Part shown: in pieces, positions 19,037 through 28,327 of the stretch | Numbering within the stretch: the stretch's first letter is position 1 | How the letters are laid out: each line of letters starts with the position of its first letter | From: a bacterium | Lineage (GTDB): Bacteria; UBA8248 | Reading direction: 5' to 3' | NCBI GenBank assembly: GCA_965261085.1 | Contig: OZ253442.1 | Location: forward strand, 800,001-864,000 | DNA: 64,000 nt | The notes under the pieces: generated by a model | Databases searched by the model: none | What the model was told of the DNA's origin: nothing | Seen by the model: the letters and a program-made list of their open reading frames with translations, nothing else | Position numbers and translations under genes: made by a program

Positions 19037-19393
19037 ATGTTTGAATATGTGATCTCCAACCACGCCGAGGTACGGATGAGCCAGCGAGGGGTTCGGGGCG
19101 AAGACGTCGATCTGGTTCAGACATGCGGGACGCAGATCGGCCCCGTTGAGTGGTTTATGAGGGACTCTGATGTGAAACGTGAGATTGAAAATCTGAAGCG
19201 CACGTTCCGACAGATTGAGCGTACAGTGAAGGGCGGAAAACAACGACTCGAACGCGCCCTGAAGCGCAGGGTGCATCAGCTTGAACGACTGAGGGGTCTT
19301 AAGGTCGTCGTTGTGGGCGAAACGGTTCTTACATGCTATTGGCCCAGCGACGCGTATCAGCGTCGAGCGCGTCGAAGAGGCAGAACCGCGTGA
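19037..19393 (+). CDS. Small basic protein, DUF4258/RelE-like putative toxin
   Basis: GGGAG RBS, SNHAEVRMSQRGV N-terminus, VVVVGETVLTCY C-terminus. Confidence 0.55.
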   Translation: MFEYVISNHAEVRMSQRGVRGEDVDLVQTCGTQIGPVEWFMRDSDVKREIENLKRTFRQIERTVKGGKQRLERALKRRVHQLERLRGLKVVVVGETVLTCYWPSDAYQRRARRRGRTA

Positions 19394-19501
19394 TGAATTT
19401 CCCCGTCATTCCGGCGAAGGCCATATGGGCGAACCTGCATGTACGCCCTGAACGCGAGGTGCGGTTTATACGCCCACGAGCCCCCGCCCTCCGCGTGGAG
19501 G

Positions 19502-19792
19502 CTAAAGATGCCGCTCTACATCCATGCTCTGGTGCAGGATGCGGATGATTTCCACCACGTCGGATTGCATGCGGAAAAACATCACGTGCGAGCCCACCGT
19601 GACCTTGCGGTATCCCGCACGCACCTCCTCGGCCGACCGACTGACGAGCACCCCATTGCCCAGCGCCTCACACGCCGCCTGGATGTTGCGCGTGTAATCC
19701 TCGGCTTGCGCCTCGCCCCAACGCCTGACGGTATAGTCCCAGATGCCTTCCAGATCGGCCTGGGCCGCCGGTGATAGCGTATAGCTTCCCAT
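19502..19792 (-). CDS. parE: ParE-family toxin
   Basis: YTLSPAAQADLEGIWDYTVRRWGEAQAEDY, GYR, IIRILHQSMD. Confidence 0.9.
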   Translation of the reverse strand: MGSYTLSPAAQADLEGIWDYTVRRWGEAQAEDYTRNIQAACEALGNGVLVSRSAEEVRAGYRKVTVGSHVMFFRMQSDVVEIIRILHQSMDVERHL

Positions 19793-19797
19793 GCGGC

Positions 19798-20034
19798 TCA
19801 GGTGGATTTCTTGCGGGCGATGAACGCGTCGAAATCAAACGGCGTCGCCCGGCCGGACTCCTCGCCTTCGATGAGCGCCTCGCGGAGAGCTTCCACCCTG
19901 GCTTCGTGTTCTTCGAGCAGGCGCAATCCTGCGCGCACCACGTCGCTGGCCGAGTTGTAGCGACCCGATGCGACCCGATCGTTGATAAAACACACGAAGT
20001 GTTCTCCGAGTGAAACCGACGTATTGCGCGGCAT
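19798..20034 (-). CDS. parD: ParD-family antitoxin (CC2985-like)
   Basis: [41 protein letters not shown]. Confidence 0.9.
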   Translation of the reverse strand: MPRNTSVSLGEHFVCFINDRVASGRYNSASDVVRAGLRLLEEHEARVEALREALIEGEESGRATPFDFDAFIARKKST

Positions 20035-20197
20035 GAGGATACCTCCTTCAGGCGCATCATACCAAAAATTGGTATTCGCGCAAAGGTTTCAGGTGGCGCG
20101 AGGTGGAAGAGGAGGGTGCACGTAGGGGTTGCAAATATACATCGTTCGCCATTCCTGGCACGGGTGTAATTTCGTCATTCCGGCGAAGATGAAATTC

Positions 20198-20346
20198 ACT
20201 CCCCCCTTGAGGGGGAGTCGCAGAAGCCGAGCCATTTGGGCGAAGGGTGATGCGGTGGGGGGTCGATTCTAAAATAAAAGCTCCCCCCACCGGCGCGACT
20301 GCGGGCTTGCGCCCTTGTCTTTCCGACTCCCCCTCAAGGGGGGAGT
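20198..20346. repeat. REP/MITE-like element (second copy of the 14295 family)
   Basis: ACTCCCCCCTTGAGGGGGAGTCGCAGAAGCCGAGC ... CCGACTCCCCCTCAAGGGGGGAGT. Confidence 0.8.
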
Positions 20347-20379
20347 GTATTTCACAAGCGACCGAGGAAAGAGACTTCT

Positions 20380-20405
20380 GTAGGGGCGACCCCCCGTGGT
20401 CGCCC
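20380..20405 (+). repeat. GTAG-type REP
   Basis: GTAG followed by hairpin GGGCGACC..GGTCGCCC. Confidence 0.6.
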
Positions 20406-20411
20406 GGTTTG

Positions 20412-22214
20412 CTACCCCGCACTCAACCTCTTTCTCCTGCGCGCCGTTCTGGCCTTATCCACCTCGCCCGCGTCGTCGATGGCGACGCCGTAGACCTTGT
20501 AGGCGCGCTCCTTGGTGATCCACTTCTCCTCCACGTCGTTTCGCACCTTCTCGGCGGGCCGTTCGTGCGGCGGGCCGTAGCCGCCCCCGCCCGTGCAGTA
20601 GGAAGCCACGTTCTCGCCGGGTTTCAGGATGATGTCCGCACAGCCGGGGAGATCCTCCAGAGATCCGTCCTCGCGCATGAGGAAGTTCTGGCAAACCGCC
20701 CCGTTCAGCCCGCCGAGCGTACCCTTCGAAGCGTTTATCGCGCCGTCGGACACGTATACGACCTCGAGATCCCCCCCGCCTATGGGGCCGTATTCGCAAT
20801 AGCCCGAGGGCGCGCCTATCGTCCGGCCCGCACCCTCGGTATCGGGCATGAGCCTGCGCGTCTTGATGTAGATGGGGAAGTGGAGTTCGTCCAGTTCGAT
20901 GCTGTCGACGAAGCACATGCCTGCGTTGCCCGCGTGGAGGATGGTGAGCCAGGCGTCCGTCTTGCCCGCCCCGGCGCCCCCGGTGACCATCAGGAACAGG
21001 TGGTTCACGAAGGGTTCGTTGTCGTTTCTGGGGTCGAAACCCGAGATGACGCCCATGGACGCGGGGAAAATCGGCCCGCATTCGGCCAGGCCGATACCGT
21101 CCTGAATTTTAGAGAACGCACGCTGCACGGGGTTCGTCACCCGGTCGGCGAGGTTGGTGGTGGCCACCGACATGGAGGTGGGGTGCTTGCCCCCGCCCGC
21201 GACGGAGCCATCTCGAATCAGCACGTTGACGCGGCGGAAGCTGCCCGCGTTCGTGGGCACGATGTCATCGATGCTGTTGAACACGCCTATCATCGCGCCT
21301 GTGCGCGCGCAGGCCTCGCTCAGGTTGAGGCCGCAGGGCATGGCGTCGGGGTTGTCCCTCAAATCCACCTCGATGGTGGCCTTTTTGCTGTCGATTCGAA
21401 CATGCGCGGTGATGGGGATGCCTTCTTCCGGCGTGCCGGGCACGGGGTCGTGCGTGCTGTGGGTGGTGGCCTGGCCCGTGGGCAGTTTTTTGATGGCGGA
21501 GATCATGAGCTTCTCGCTGTAGTCGAACCACTCCTTCGAGAAGTCGTGCAGCGTCTCCCAGCCGTATTCATCCCCCATGGCGAGCACCTCGCGCTCGCCG
21601 ATTCGCGCAGCGCCTATCATGGCGAGGTAATCGCCGTACCATTGCTCGGGCACGCGGATGCGCATCCGGCAGAAATTGATGAAATCCTCGTTGTTCTCGA
21701 AGTTTTCCTGCACCTTGGTGGGCGGGAAGATGAGCGCGCCCTCCTCATACACGTCGCGCGCGTGGCCCATGTAGGTGGTGGGCTGGCTGCATCCGCAATC
21801 CGCCTGATGGGCCTTCACCCACACGGTGAACTGGTGGACGCCCTTCGCGTCGATGACGGGCACCAGGATGGTGTGATCCGCCGGGTGCGAGCAGCCGTGG
21901 TAGGGCGAGTTGTGGAGATAGGCGTCGCCACGTTTCAAGTTCGGGTGTAAGTCCATCATCGAGCGGGCCATGAGGTCCGCCCCGCTCAGGTGGTGGATGG
22001 GGAGTGATTCCGCACCCGTCAGCAGTTCGCAATCGCGCGTCACCACGGAGGTCGAGAAATCGCGCGCCAGGTTCAGAACGCCCGAGCGGCCCGTTCGCAA
22101 GAGGGTATTCGCCATCTTGGTGGTGACGGCGTCGAAGCGCTTGTGCAGCACGGCCAGGGTGATGGGGTCTAGTTTGGTCTTTTGCTTCGCGCGTCCGGTT
22201 TTTGCTCTCGCCAT
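20412..22214 (-). CDS. Hydantoinase B/oxoprolinase family subunit
   Basis: LDPITLAV, RDFST, NSPYHGCSHPAD, AHQADCG, GGGGYG. Confidence 0.9.
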   Translation of the reverse strand: MARAKTGRAKQKTKLDPITLAVLHKRFDAVTTKMANTLLRTGRSGVLNLARDFSTSVVTRDCELLTGAESLPIHHLSGADLMARSMMDLHPNLKRGDAYLHNSPYHGCSHPADHTILVPVIDAKGVHQFTVWVKAHQADCGCSQPTTYMGHARDVYEEGALIFPPTKVQENFENNEDFINFCRMRIRVPEQWYGDYLAMIGAARIGEREVLAMGDEYGWETLHDFSKEWFDYSEKLMISAIKKLPTGQATTHSTHDPVPGTPEEGIPITAHVRIDSKKATIEVDLRDNPDAMPCGLNLSEACARTGAMIGVFNSIDDIVPTNAGSFRRVNVLIRDGSVAGGGKHPTSMSVATTNLADRVTNPVQRAFSKIQDGIGLAECGPIFPASMGVISGFDPRNDNEPFVNHLFLMVTGGAGAGKTDAWLTILHAGNAGMCFVDSIELDELHFPIYIKTRRLMPDTEGAGRTIGAPSGYCEYGPIGGGDLEVVYVSDGAINASKGTLGGLNGAVCQNFLMREDGSLEDLPGCADIILKPGENVASYCTGGGGYGPPHERPAEKVRNDVEEKWITKERAYKVYGVAIDDAGEVDKARTARRRKRLSAG

Positions 22215-22217
22215 GAT

Positions 22218-24290
22218 CTACTCCTGGAGCGTGATGAAGAGACTGCCGCTTCTCGTGCGTTCGGCCTTGGCGCCGGGGTCTATCACCACCGTGGTGAACG
22301 GCGATTCGATGATGGACGGCCCGCGCATCGCCTCGCCCGGCTTCATGGAATCGAACGCCGCCACGCGGGCGTTCACCAAGCCTTTGCCCGCGAAGTAGGC
22401 CTTGCGCCTCTTGGGCAGCGTCGTCTCATGGATAGTCTCGCGGACGAGCCTGCCCAGGTGGCCTTTTCTCAGTTTGCACCGCGCCACGGCGCGCCAGCCG
22501 ACGAACTCGACTTCAGACGAGGGATCGCGGAAGGCGAAGATCTCCTCGTGTACTTCGTCGAACGCCGCGCGCGCTCTCTCCACGTCTTTTTTCGAGCGGA
22601 ACCGATTGATGGGCAGCCCCAAATCGATCTCCCATACCTGGTGCTTGTAGCGCGCCTCGACGTAGAACTCGGTCGCGCTCTCCACCGCCCCCTTGCCGGG
22701 TCCTTTGATGAAGGCGCGGCATCGCTCGTCCAGTTTTCTCAAAACTGCGTTTGCGCCCTTGAAGTCGAACCTGTCCGTGATGGTGAAGAACATCGAGCGG
22801 TAATCGGCGTGCAAGTCGCTCATCATCGCGCCAGCGGCGGAGAGCGCAGCGCCCACCTCGGGAATCACCAGACCCAGGCAGCCCAGGCGCTTGGCGATGG
22901 CGACGGAGTTCAAGCCCGCCGCCCCGCCGCCTCCGATTAAAACCGCGCCTCTCGGGTCGATGCCCTGGTGGATGGTTATCTCCTCGATCGCGCCCACCAT
23001 GTTCTCCGTCGCAAGTCTCAGGATGGCCGAGGCCGCCTCTTGGAGAGAAAGCCCCAGCGGTTCGGCTACGTCTATCGATATGGACTTCTCGGCTTCGGAT
23101 AAACTGAGCGTCATCGCCCCGCCCAGGAAGTAATCCGGATCGATGTGGCCCAGCACCAGGGAAGCGTCCGTCAAGGTGGGGCGCGTGCCGCCCCGGCCGT
23201 AGCAGGCAGGGCCCGGTTCCGCGCCCGCGCTCTGCGGCCCCACGTGCAAGAGTCCGCCCTCATCGACCCAGGCGATGCTCCCTCCCCCTGCGCCGATGCT
23301 CTTCACGTCCACCGAGGGAAAGCCCAGAATGTGCCCCCGGTAGCGCTGGCCGATCCAGGTTTCGGGCGACATGGGTATCTCGCCGCGTCGCACGAGGCTC
23401 ACGTCATACGTGGTGCCGCCGGTGTCGGCCACTATCGCCGTGGCGGCCTTCGCGTCGGCGCGCGAAAAATGCCTGCCCGCGATGGGGGCCATCGAAGGCC
23501 CCGAACCCACCGAGTGGATGGGTGCTTCCGCGAGTTCGCCCGCGTCCATCACGCCGCCCTTGGACGTGAGCATCAAGAGCCGCCCGCCGAAGCCCGCCGC
23601 TTTTAGCCGCTCCTGCAAGCCGCCGATGTAGCGCGACATCAGGGGTTTCAATGAGGCGTCGATGCAGGTCGAAGACGCCCGGCGGTATTCCCGCAGAATC
23701 GGGTTCAGGACGTGGGAGAGCGTGAAGGGAACGCCCTGCAAATGTTTTTGCAGTAATTCGCCCACGCCGATTTCGTGCGCGGGGTTCACCGTGGACCATA
23801 AAAGCGAGACGGCCACGGCCTCCACTTCTTTTTCTTTTAATTCCTCGATGATGGCGAGAACCCCCGCCTCATCTAAGGGTTCGTACACGCTGCCGTCCGC
23901 GCCGATGCGCTCCGGCACCTCGAAGGTGAGCGCGCGGGGTATGTATGGCTTCGGAAACGGCACGAGGAAGTTGAACGGCTCCATGCGCCCGCCCTCGCGC
24001 AGCACGAGAATGTCGGGGTGGCCCTTCGTGGTGAGAAAGGCGGTCCTGGCCGTGTTGCCCGTCACGATGGCGTTGGTGGCGTGGGTTGTGCCGTGGATGA
24101 ATAGTTCGCCCTGGGCCAGGAGTTCGCCGGTGCTCGTCGAGAGCGCTTCGGCGGCCGCCTCGATCGCCGCGAGAATGCCCTCCACCGGATCGTGGGGCGT
24201 CGTGGGGGCCTTGAACATGTGGAGGCGGCCCCTGTTGTCCTCCAGCACGAGGTCGGTGAAGGTTCCGCCCGTGTCGACCGCGAATCGCAT
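22218..24290 (-). CDS. Hydantoinase A/oxoprolinase family subunit
   Basis: MRFAVDTGGTFTD, HGTTHATN, SGPSMA, DTGGTTYD, IGAGGGS. Confidence 0.9.
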   Translation of the reverse strand: MRFAVDTGGTFTDLVLEDNRGRLHMFKAPTTPHDPVEGILAAIEAAAEALSTSTGELLAQGELFIHGTTHATNAIVTGNTARTAFLTTKGHPDILVLREGGRMEPFNFLVPFPKPYIPRALTFEVPERIGADGSVYEPLDEAGVLAIIEELKEKEVEAVAVSLLWSTVNPAHEIGVGELLQKHLQGVPFTLSHVLNPILREYRRASSTCIDASLKPLMSRYIGGLQERLKAAGFGGRLLMLTSKGGVMDAGELAEAPIHSVGSGPSMAPIAGRHFSRADAKAATAIVADTGGTTYDVSLVRRGEIPMSPETWIGQRYRGHILGFPSVDVKSIGAGGGSIAWVDEGGLLHVGPQSAGAEPGPACYGRGGTRPTLTDASLVLGHIDPDYFLGGAMTLSLSEAEKSISIDVAEPLGLSLQEAASAILRLATENMVGAIEEITIHQGIDPRGAVLIGGGGAAGLNSVAIAKRLGCLGLVIPEVGAALSAAGAMMSDLHADYRSMFFTITDRFDFKGANAVLRKLDERCRAFIKGPGKGAVESATEFYVEARYKHQVWEIDLGLPINRFRSKKDVERARAAFDEVHEEIFAFRDPSSEVEFVGWRAVARCKLRKGHLGRLVRETIHETTLPKRRKAYFAGKGLVNARVAAFDSMKPGEAMRGPSIIESPFTTVVIDPGAKAERTRSGSLFITLQE

Positions 24291-24434
24291 TCCTCGCCTC
24301 CCGCGCTCACCCGCGCCATGCCCGCGCGGATGAGGTTTTTGAATCGCTATATGCGAATGGGTGATGAAATCGGGGAGCAATATATCATTTCTTGGGCGCT
24401 AGGATGCAAGGAGGTCTCCCGGAAAATGCGCTCA

Positions 24435-25115
24435 TCACGAATCGCGCACGTGCGCGTAGTACCGGCTTAAGCGATCGGCGGAGACGCCCAGCGCGTAAAG
24501 GATGCTGAGCCCCCACCAGATGATGAGGCATTTGGGCTTGCCCCATACCTCGATGCGCCGCCCGCTGGTGACGACGGGCGTCTCGATGATGGCGGTGCGC
24601 CCGAACTCGCGCATCCTCCTGCTCAGGTCCCAATCCTCGAACAGGGGCATATCGGCGTAGCCGCCCATGCGCTCGAACACTTCGCGCCGGATGAATATGC
24701 ACTGGTCGCCGAAGAAGAGTTTCGCCGTCTTGGTGCGCGTGTTGGCGCTGAAGCTGATGAAGCGGCTGAAACGATCGTCTCGATCGAAGCCGTGGAGAAA
24801 GCCCCCGCCCGCCGCGTCGCCCGCGCGCATGACGTCCTCGATTTCCCTGAGCGCCCCTGGGGGCAGGCGCGTATCGCAGTGAAGAAACAGGATCGTCTCG
24901 CCCTCTGCGTGGGCTGCGCCCGCGTTCATCTGGCGCGCGCGGCCCGGCTGTGATTCGACGATGAGGGCGCGCCCCTCCGCCACGACGCGCGTCTCGTCGG
25001 CGCTTCCCCCGTCGGCGAGGATAATCTGCTTCTCGCCCGTCTGGGCGTCGAGCATGTCCAACATGGCGGGCAGGCGCGGCGCTTCGTTCAGCACGGGTAC
25101 GACGATGGAGATCAT
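24435..25115 (-). CDS. Family 2 glycosyltransferase (TIGR04283-like)
   Basis: SIVVPVLNE, DGGSAD, GRARQMNAGA, FLHCDT, FFGDQ, FED, TSGRR. Confidence 0.8.
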   Translation of the reverse strand: MISIVVPVLNEAPRLPAMLDMLDAQTGEKQIILADGGSADETRVVAEGRALIVESQPGRARQMNAGAAHAEGETILFLHCDTRLPPGALREIEDVMRAGDAAGGGFLHGFDRDDRFSRFISFSANTRTKTAKLFFGDQCIFIRREVFERMGGYADMPLFEDWDLSRRMREFGRTAIIETPVVTSGRRIEVWGKPKCLIIWWGLSILYALGVSADRLSRYYAHVRDS

Positions 25116-25239
25116 CGCGTATGTCCTTCTCCTGGATTCATCTTTCCATACAAAGGCGGGGGCGATACATTTTCTAAGGCTATGATATAATGCCTCTGCC
25201 GATAGGCCATCCGATGAACCCTAACCACTGGAAACACCC

Positions 25240-26817
25240 ATGTCGATGAGCCGCATTCGAATTTCACATCTTTTCCGGTCGCGCGCAGGGGGCATCCGGC
25301 GCGTGAAGCATCTTACGATATGCCTCGTCCTTTTTGGGGTGGTGCTTTCCTCTAGCCTCGTCTTTTCGCTCTCCAGTGATCAGGAAGAGGCCATTGCCCT
25401 CTTGTATGAGGTCATGCAGAAAGTGGACGATAAGTATGCGCGCACGCCCGATTTCCGGAAAATGTACGTCGCGGGCCTCGAAGGCCTCAAGAAAAGCTCG
25501 GGCGATGGGCGCTTCGACTTCGAGGAAAAAGCGGGAGACGAGATTCTTCTCAAGGCGCAGGAGAAGGAGTTGCTCATTCGCCTCGGGGGAGACACCGATG
25601 GCGGGCTGGGCGCATTCGAGCGCGCCTATCGATTCGTAATGGAAAACGCCGGGGATTCCAAGAAGAAAAAAGGTGGACTCCGCGTCATGTACGCCGCGCT
25701 CTCTTCCATGTTGCGTTCCCTGGATCCTTTCAGCACGTTCGTCTCGCCCGAGTCCTACAAGCAGATGCGCGTGGAGTATACGGGCCGCTACGGCGGGGTG
25801 GGCGTCATCATCACGCTGCGGGAGAAGGAGCTCACCGTTATATCGCCCATCGAGGACACGCCCGCCTATCGCGCGGGTCTCAAGTCCGAGGACGTGATTC
25901 TGGAAATCGATGGAACGCCCACGGCGGATATGGCGCTTTTCGAGGTCGTGCGCCGCATGCGCGGACCCGCGGGCAAGGCGGTGGATTTGCTGATTTCGCG
26001 CGTGAGTTGGCCTAAGCCCCGCAACGTGAAGCTGCGCCGCGCCATCATCAAAATTCGAAGCGTGAAGACGGAGGTGAAAGAGGGCGGGATCGGCTATTTG
26101 AGGGTCACGGCCTTTCATGGCCGCACGACGCGGGAGCTGGATGTGGGTCTGAACGAGTTGATTCGCAAGAAGGTGCGGGGGATCGTGCTGGATTTACGCG
26201 ACAATCCGGGTGGTTTTCTCCGCCAATCCGTCCAGGTTTCCGAAAGATTTCTGCCCGATGGAAGTATGGTCGTCTTCACCCGGGGACGAAGGCGCAGCGA
26301 GACGGTGTATTTCCGCTCTCGCGGTAACGGCGTATGGCTGGGTAAGCCCTTGGTCGTGCTGATCAACAAGGGCAGCGCGAGCGCGTCGGAGATCGTGGCC
26401 GGCGCCTTGCAGGATCTGGATCGCGCCCTGATCCTCGGCAGAACCAGTTTCGGCAAAGGCTCCGTTCAGGCCATCATTCCCACCCGGGGCGCGGCGGCGA
26501 TCCGGGTGACGACGGCGAAGTACTACACCCCGCTCGGGCGCCTGATTCACGAGAAAGGCATACAGCCCGACGTCGAGGCGGGGCCTCAGCCGCTCACCCG
26601 AAAAGAGATGCGAGAGCGGAGGAAGAAGATGAAGACTTCGCTCTACAAGAAGGATAAAGAGACCGACGCCAAGAAAAAAGACGTAGTTCTCGAACTGGCG
26701 GTGGCCGTCCTGAAGGACGCTGTGAGCGCGGACGTGGAAGCGCTACGCCAGGCGACGATTCTCAGGAAGGGCGTCATGCAAGCCAGCGAAGCGGCATTGC
26801 CCACAACCTCCCCCTAG
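25240..26817 (+). CDS. ctpA: Carboxyl-terminal processing protease (S41, PDZ)
   Basis: LDPFS, YGGVG, PAYRAGL, LDLRDNPGG, SASASEIVAGALQD, SFGKGSVQ; extended -10 TGATATAAT at 25183-25191. Confidence 0.88.
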   Translation: MSMSRIRISHLFRSRAGGIRRVKHLTICLVLFGVVLSSSLVFSLSSDQEEAIALLYEVMQKVDDKYARTPDFRKMYVAGLEGLKKSSGDGRFDFEEKAGDEILLKAQEKELLIRLGGDTDGGLGAFERAYRFVMENAGDSKKKKGGLRVMYAALSSMLRSLDPFSTFVSPESYKQMRVEYTGRYGGVGVIITLREKELTVISPIEDTPAYRAGLKSEDVILEIDGTPTADMALFEVVRRMRGPAGKAVDLLISRVSWPKPRNVKLRRAIIKIRSVKTEVKEGGIGYLRVTAFHGRTTRELDVGLNELIRKKVRGIVLDLRDNPGGFLRQSVQVSERFLPDGSMVVFTRGRRRSETVYFRSRGNGVWLGKPLVVLINKGSASASEIVAGALQDLDRALILGRTSFGKGSVQAIIPTRGAAAIRVTTAKYYTPLGRLIHEKGIQPDVEAGPQPLTRKEMRERRKKMKTSLYKKDKETDAKKKDVVLELAVAVLKDAVSADVEALRQATILRKGVMQASEAALPTTSP

Positions 26818-27015
26818 TGGGGTTGTTGAAAAAGCCCCCCTGACAAGGGGGGTTGGGGGGTTCATGGCAAGGAAGGATGGGGGGGGGAGTCGGAGGGAAT
26901 AGTACTTTACCTGTCCCGCTCGTCCTCCCTCGGCTGGAAACCAACCCCCCTGGCCCCCCTTGTCAGGGGGGTAAAGGCCATGCGCCCGACGAGGGGTTGT
27001 TCAACAGCCCCCTAG
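26814..27015. mobile_element. MITE-like element with CTAG-bounded terminal inverted repeats and a nested REP pair
   Basis: CTAGTGGGGTTGTTGAAAAAGCCCC ... GGGGTTGTTCAACAGCCCCCTAG; inner CCCCCCTGACAAGGGGGG / CCCCCCTTGTCAGGGGGG. Confidence 0.6.
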
Positions 27016-27081
27016 TACGGAGTGCGCGCTCAAGCCTCTCGTTTCGGGGTCGCCCGGATGAGGGGACCTGCGATTCCCTGA

Positions 27082-27930
27082 TCATGATGTGAAGGCGATG
27101 ATGGTTCCCACCGCGGCGGCCAGCCCCAGAAACTTTCTCATCGTCATCTTCTCGGACAACCGCCAGGTGGCCAGGATTGTGGTCACGATGAAGCTCAACT
27201 GCATGATCGGCGAGACGATGGTGGCCTCGCCGTCCCTGAACGCGGCCAGCAGCGAGGTGATCCCGAAGATGAAGCAGACGGCGGTCACGAATCCGTGCGC
27301 CCAGCCCTTTTTCGAAAACTGCGGCCCCCCCTGCACCACGTACGAGTAGATGAACGCGATGGTGATGAAGAAAACCGCCTGGCTGTGCAAAAACATGATC
27401 GGGGCAACCCCGCCCGAGACGCCGAGCTTGTAGATGAAGCTGACGAGGCCGACGGCCACCATCGCCGTGACGGCCCAGAGGACGGAGGCGAGCTTGTCCG
27501 CAGAGAAACTCCCCCGGTGAAAATCCGAGAACAGAAAAATGGCGCAGCCGGTGAGGATGAGGCCCACGATTTTGGGGAGCGTGATGGATTCATCCAGAAA
27601 CCAGACCGCGAGCATGGCGGTGACGACGAAACTCATCCGGTAGATGGGCGTGCTGACGCTCGCCTCTCCGAGTTCCACGCTTCTCATGAAGCACCAGAAG
27701 CCGATGAATGTGAAAAAAGCGGTGCCTATTCCCAGGAAGGCGGGGGGCGTCCAGGCGTAGCTGCCCTCGAGTTGCGCCCAAACCCAAGTGACGGGAACGA
27801 CGATGCTCGACTGCGAAGCCGTAATCGTACCCGGCAAAATCCGGTTTCTTACCGCGCGTCCATATACGTAGTCCGCCACGCCGATCAGAAACGATGCGAA
27901 AAGAGCGAGCACGATGAACCTTGGAAGCAA
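27082..27930 (-). CDS. EamA/DMT family transporter
   Basis: About 10 TM segments in two repeats (GEASVSTPI..LDESIT; GEATIVSPI..LSEKMT). Confidence 0.85.
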   Translation of the reverse strand: MLPRFIVLALFASFLIGVADYVYGRAVRNRILPGTITASQSSIVVPVTWVWAQLEGSYAWTPPAFLGIGTAFFTFIGFWCFMRSVELGEASVSTPIYRMSFVVTAMLAVWFLDESITLPKIVGLILTGCAIFLFSDFHRGSFSADKLASVLWAVTAMVAVGLVSFIYKLGVSGGVAPIMFLHSQAVFFITIAFIYSYVVQGGPQFSKKGWAHGFVTAVCFIFGITSLLAAFRDGEATIVSPIMQLSFIVTTILATWRLSEKMTMRKFLGLAAAVGTIIAFTS

Positions 27931-28145
27931 CCCGAATCTCTCCTAAAAAAGCGCCGCAGCCCGAACCCGTATCAGGCGTCATTCCCGTTTTCGGCGGGCG
28001 CGTTTCGTCTGCATAAAGGGTATGCCAGAATACACCTTTGATTCATACCTCCCTCCTGCTCGTTTCGCTTGGCGCGCATCCTCTGCCTGCGCCGGCCGAC
28101 CGGGGACGCGGCGCGATCGAGCGACCCCGGGCAGGATTTTGTTTC

Positions 28146-28173
28146 TTGACAGGCAGAGGCCTTCCTGTATATT
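28146..28173 (+). promoter_or_regulatory. Putative sigma70 promoter of the ABC operon
   Basis: TTGACA, 16 nt, TATATT, about 150 nt before the start. Confidence 0.5.
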
Positions 28174-28327
28174 GTGGAGATATATCTCGCCATGTTGCTT
28201 GCGTGAACCGCACCGGAACCACTCCGGGGGAAGGGTTCAATCTTTCTTCTCTGTTCGTGCGGAAATAGGCAGGTCCCTGTGTCCGCACTCTAAATCCACG
28301 GAATCGGAAGCTAGGGAGGATAATGTA

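Noticed and set aside
20247-21950. Long antisense ORFs (567 aa here; also 10921-11970, 40533-41543, 53870-54865)
   Set aside because: Shadow ORFs opposite well-supported genes in high-GC DNA, with no recognisable motifs.
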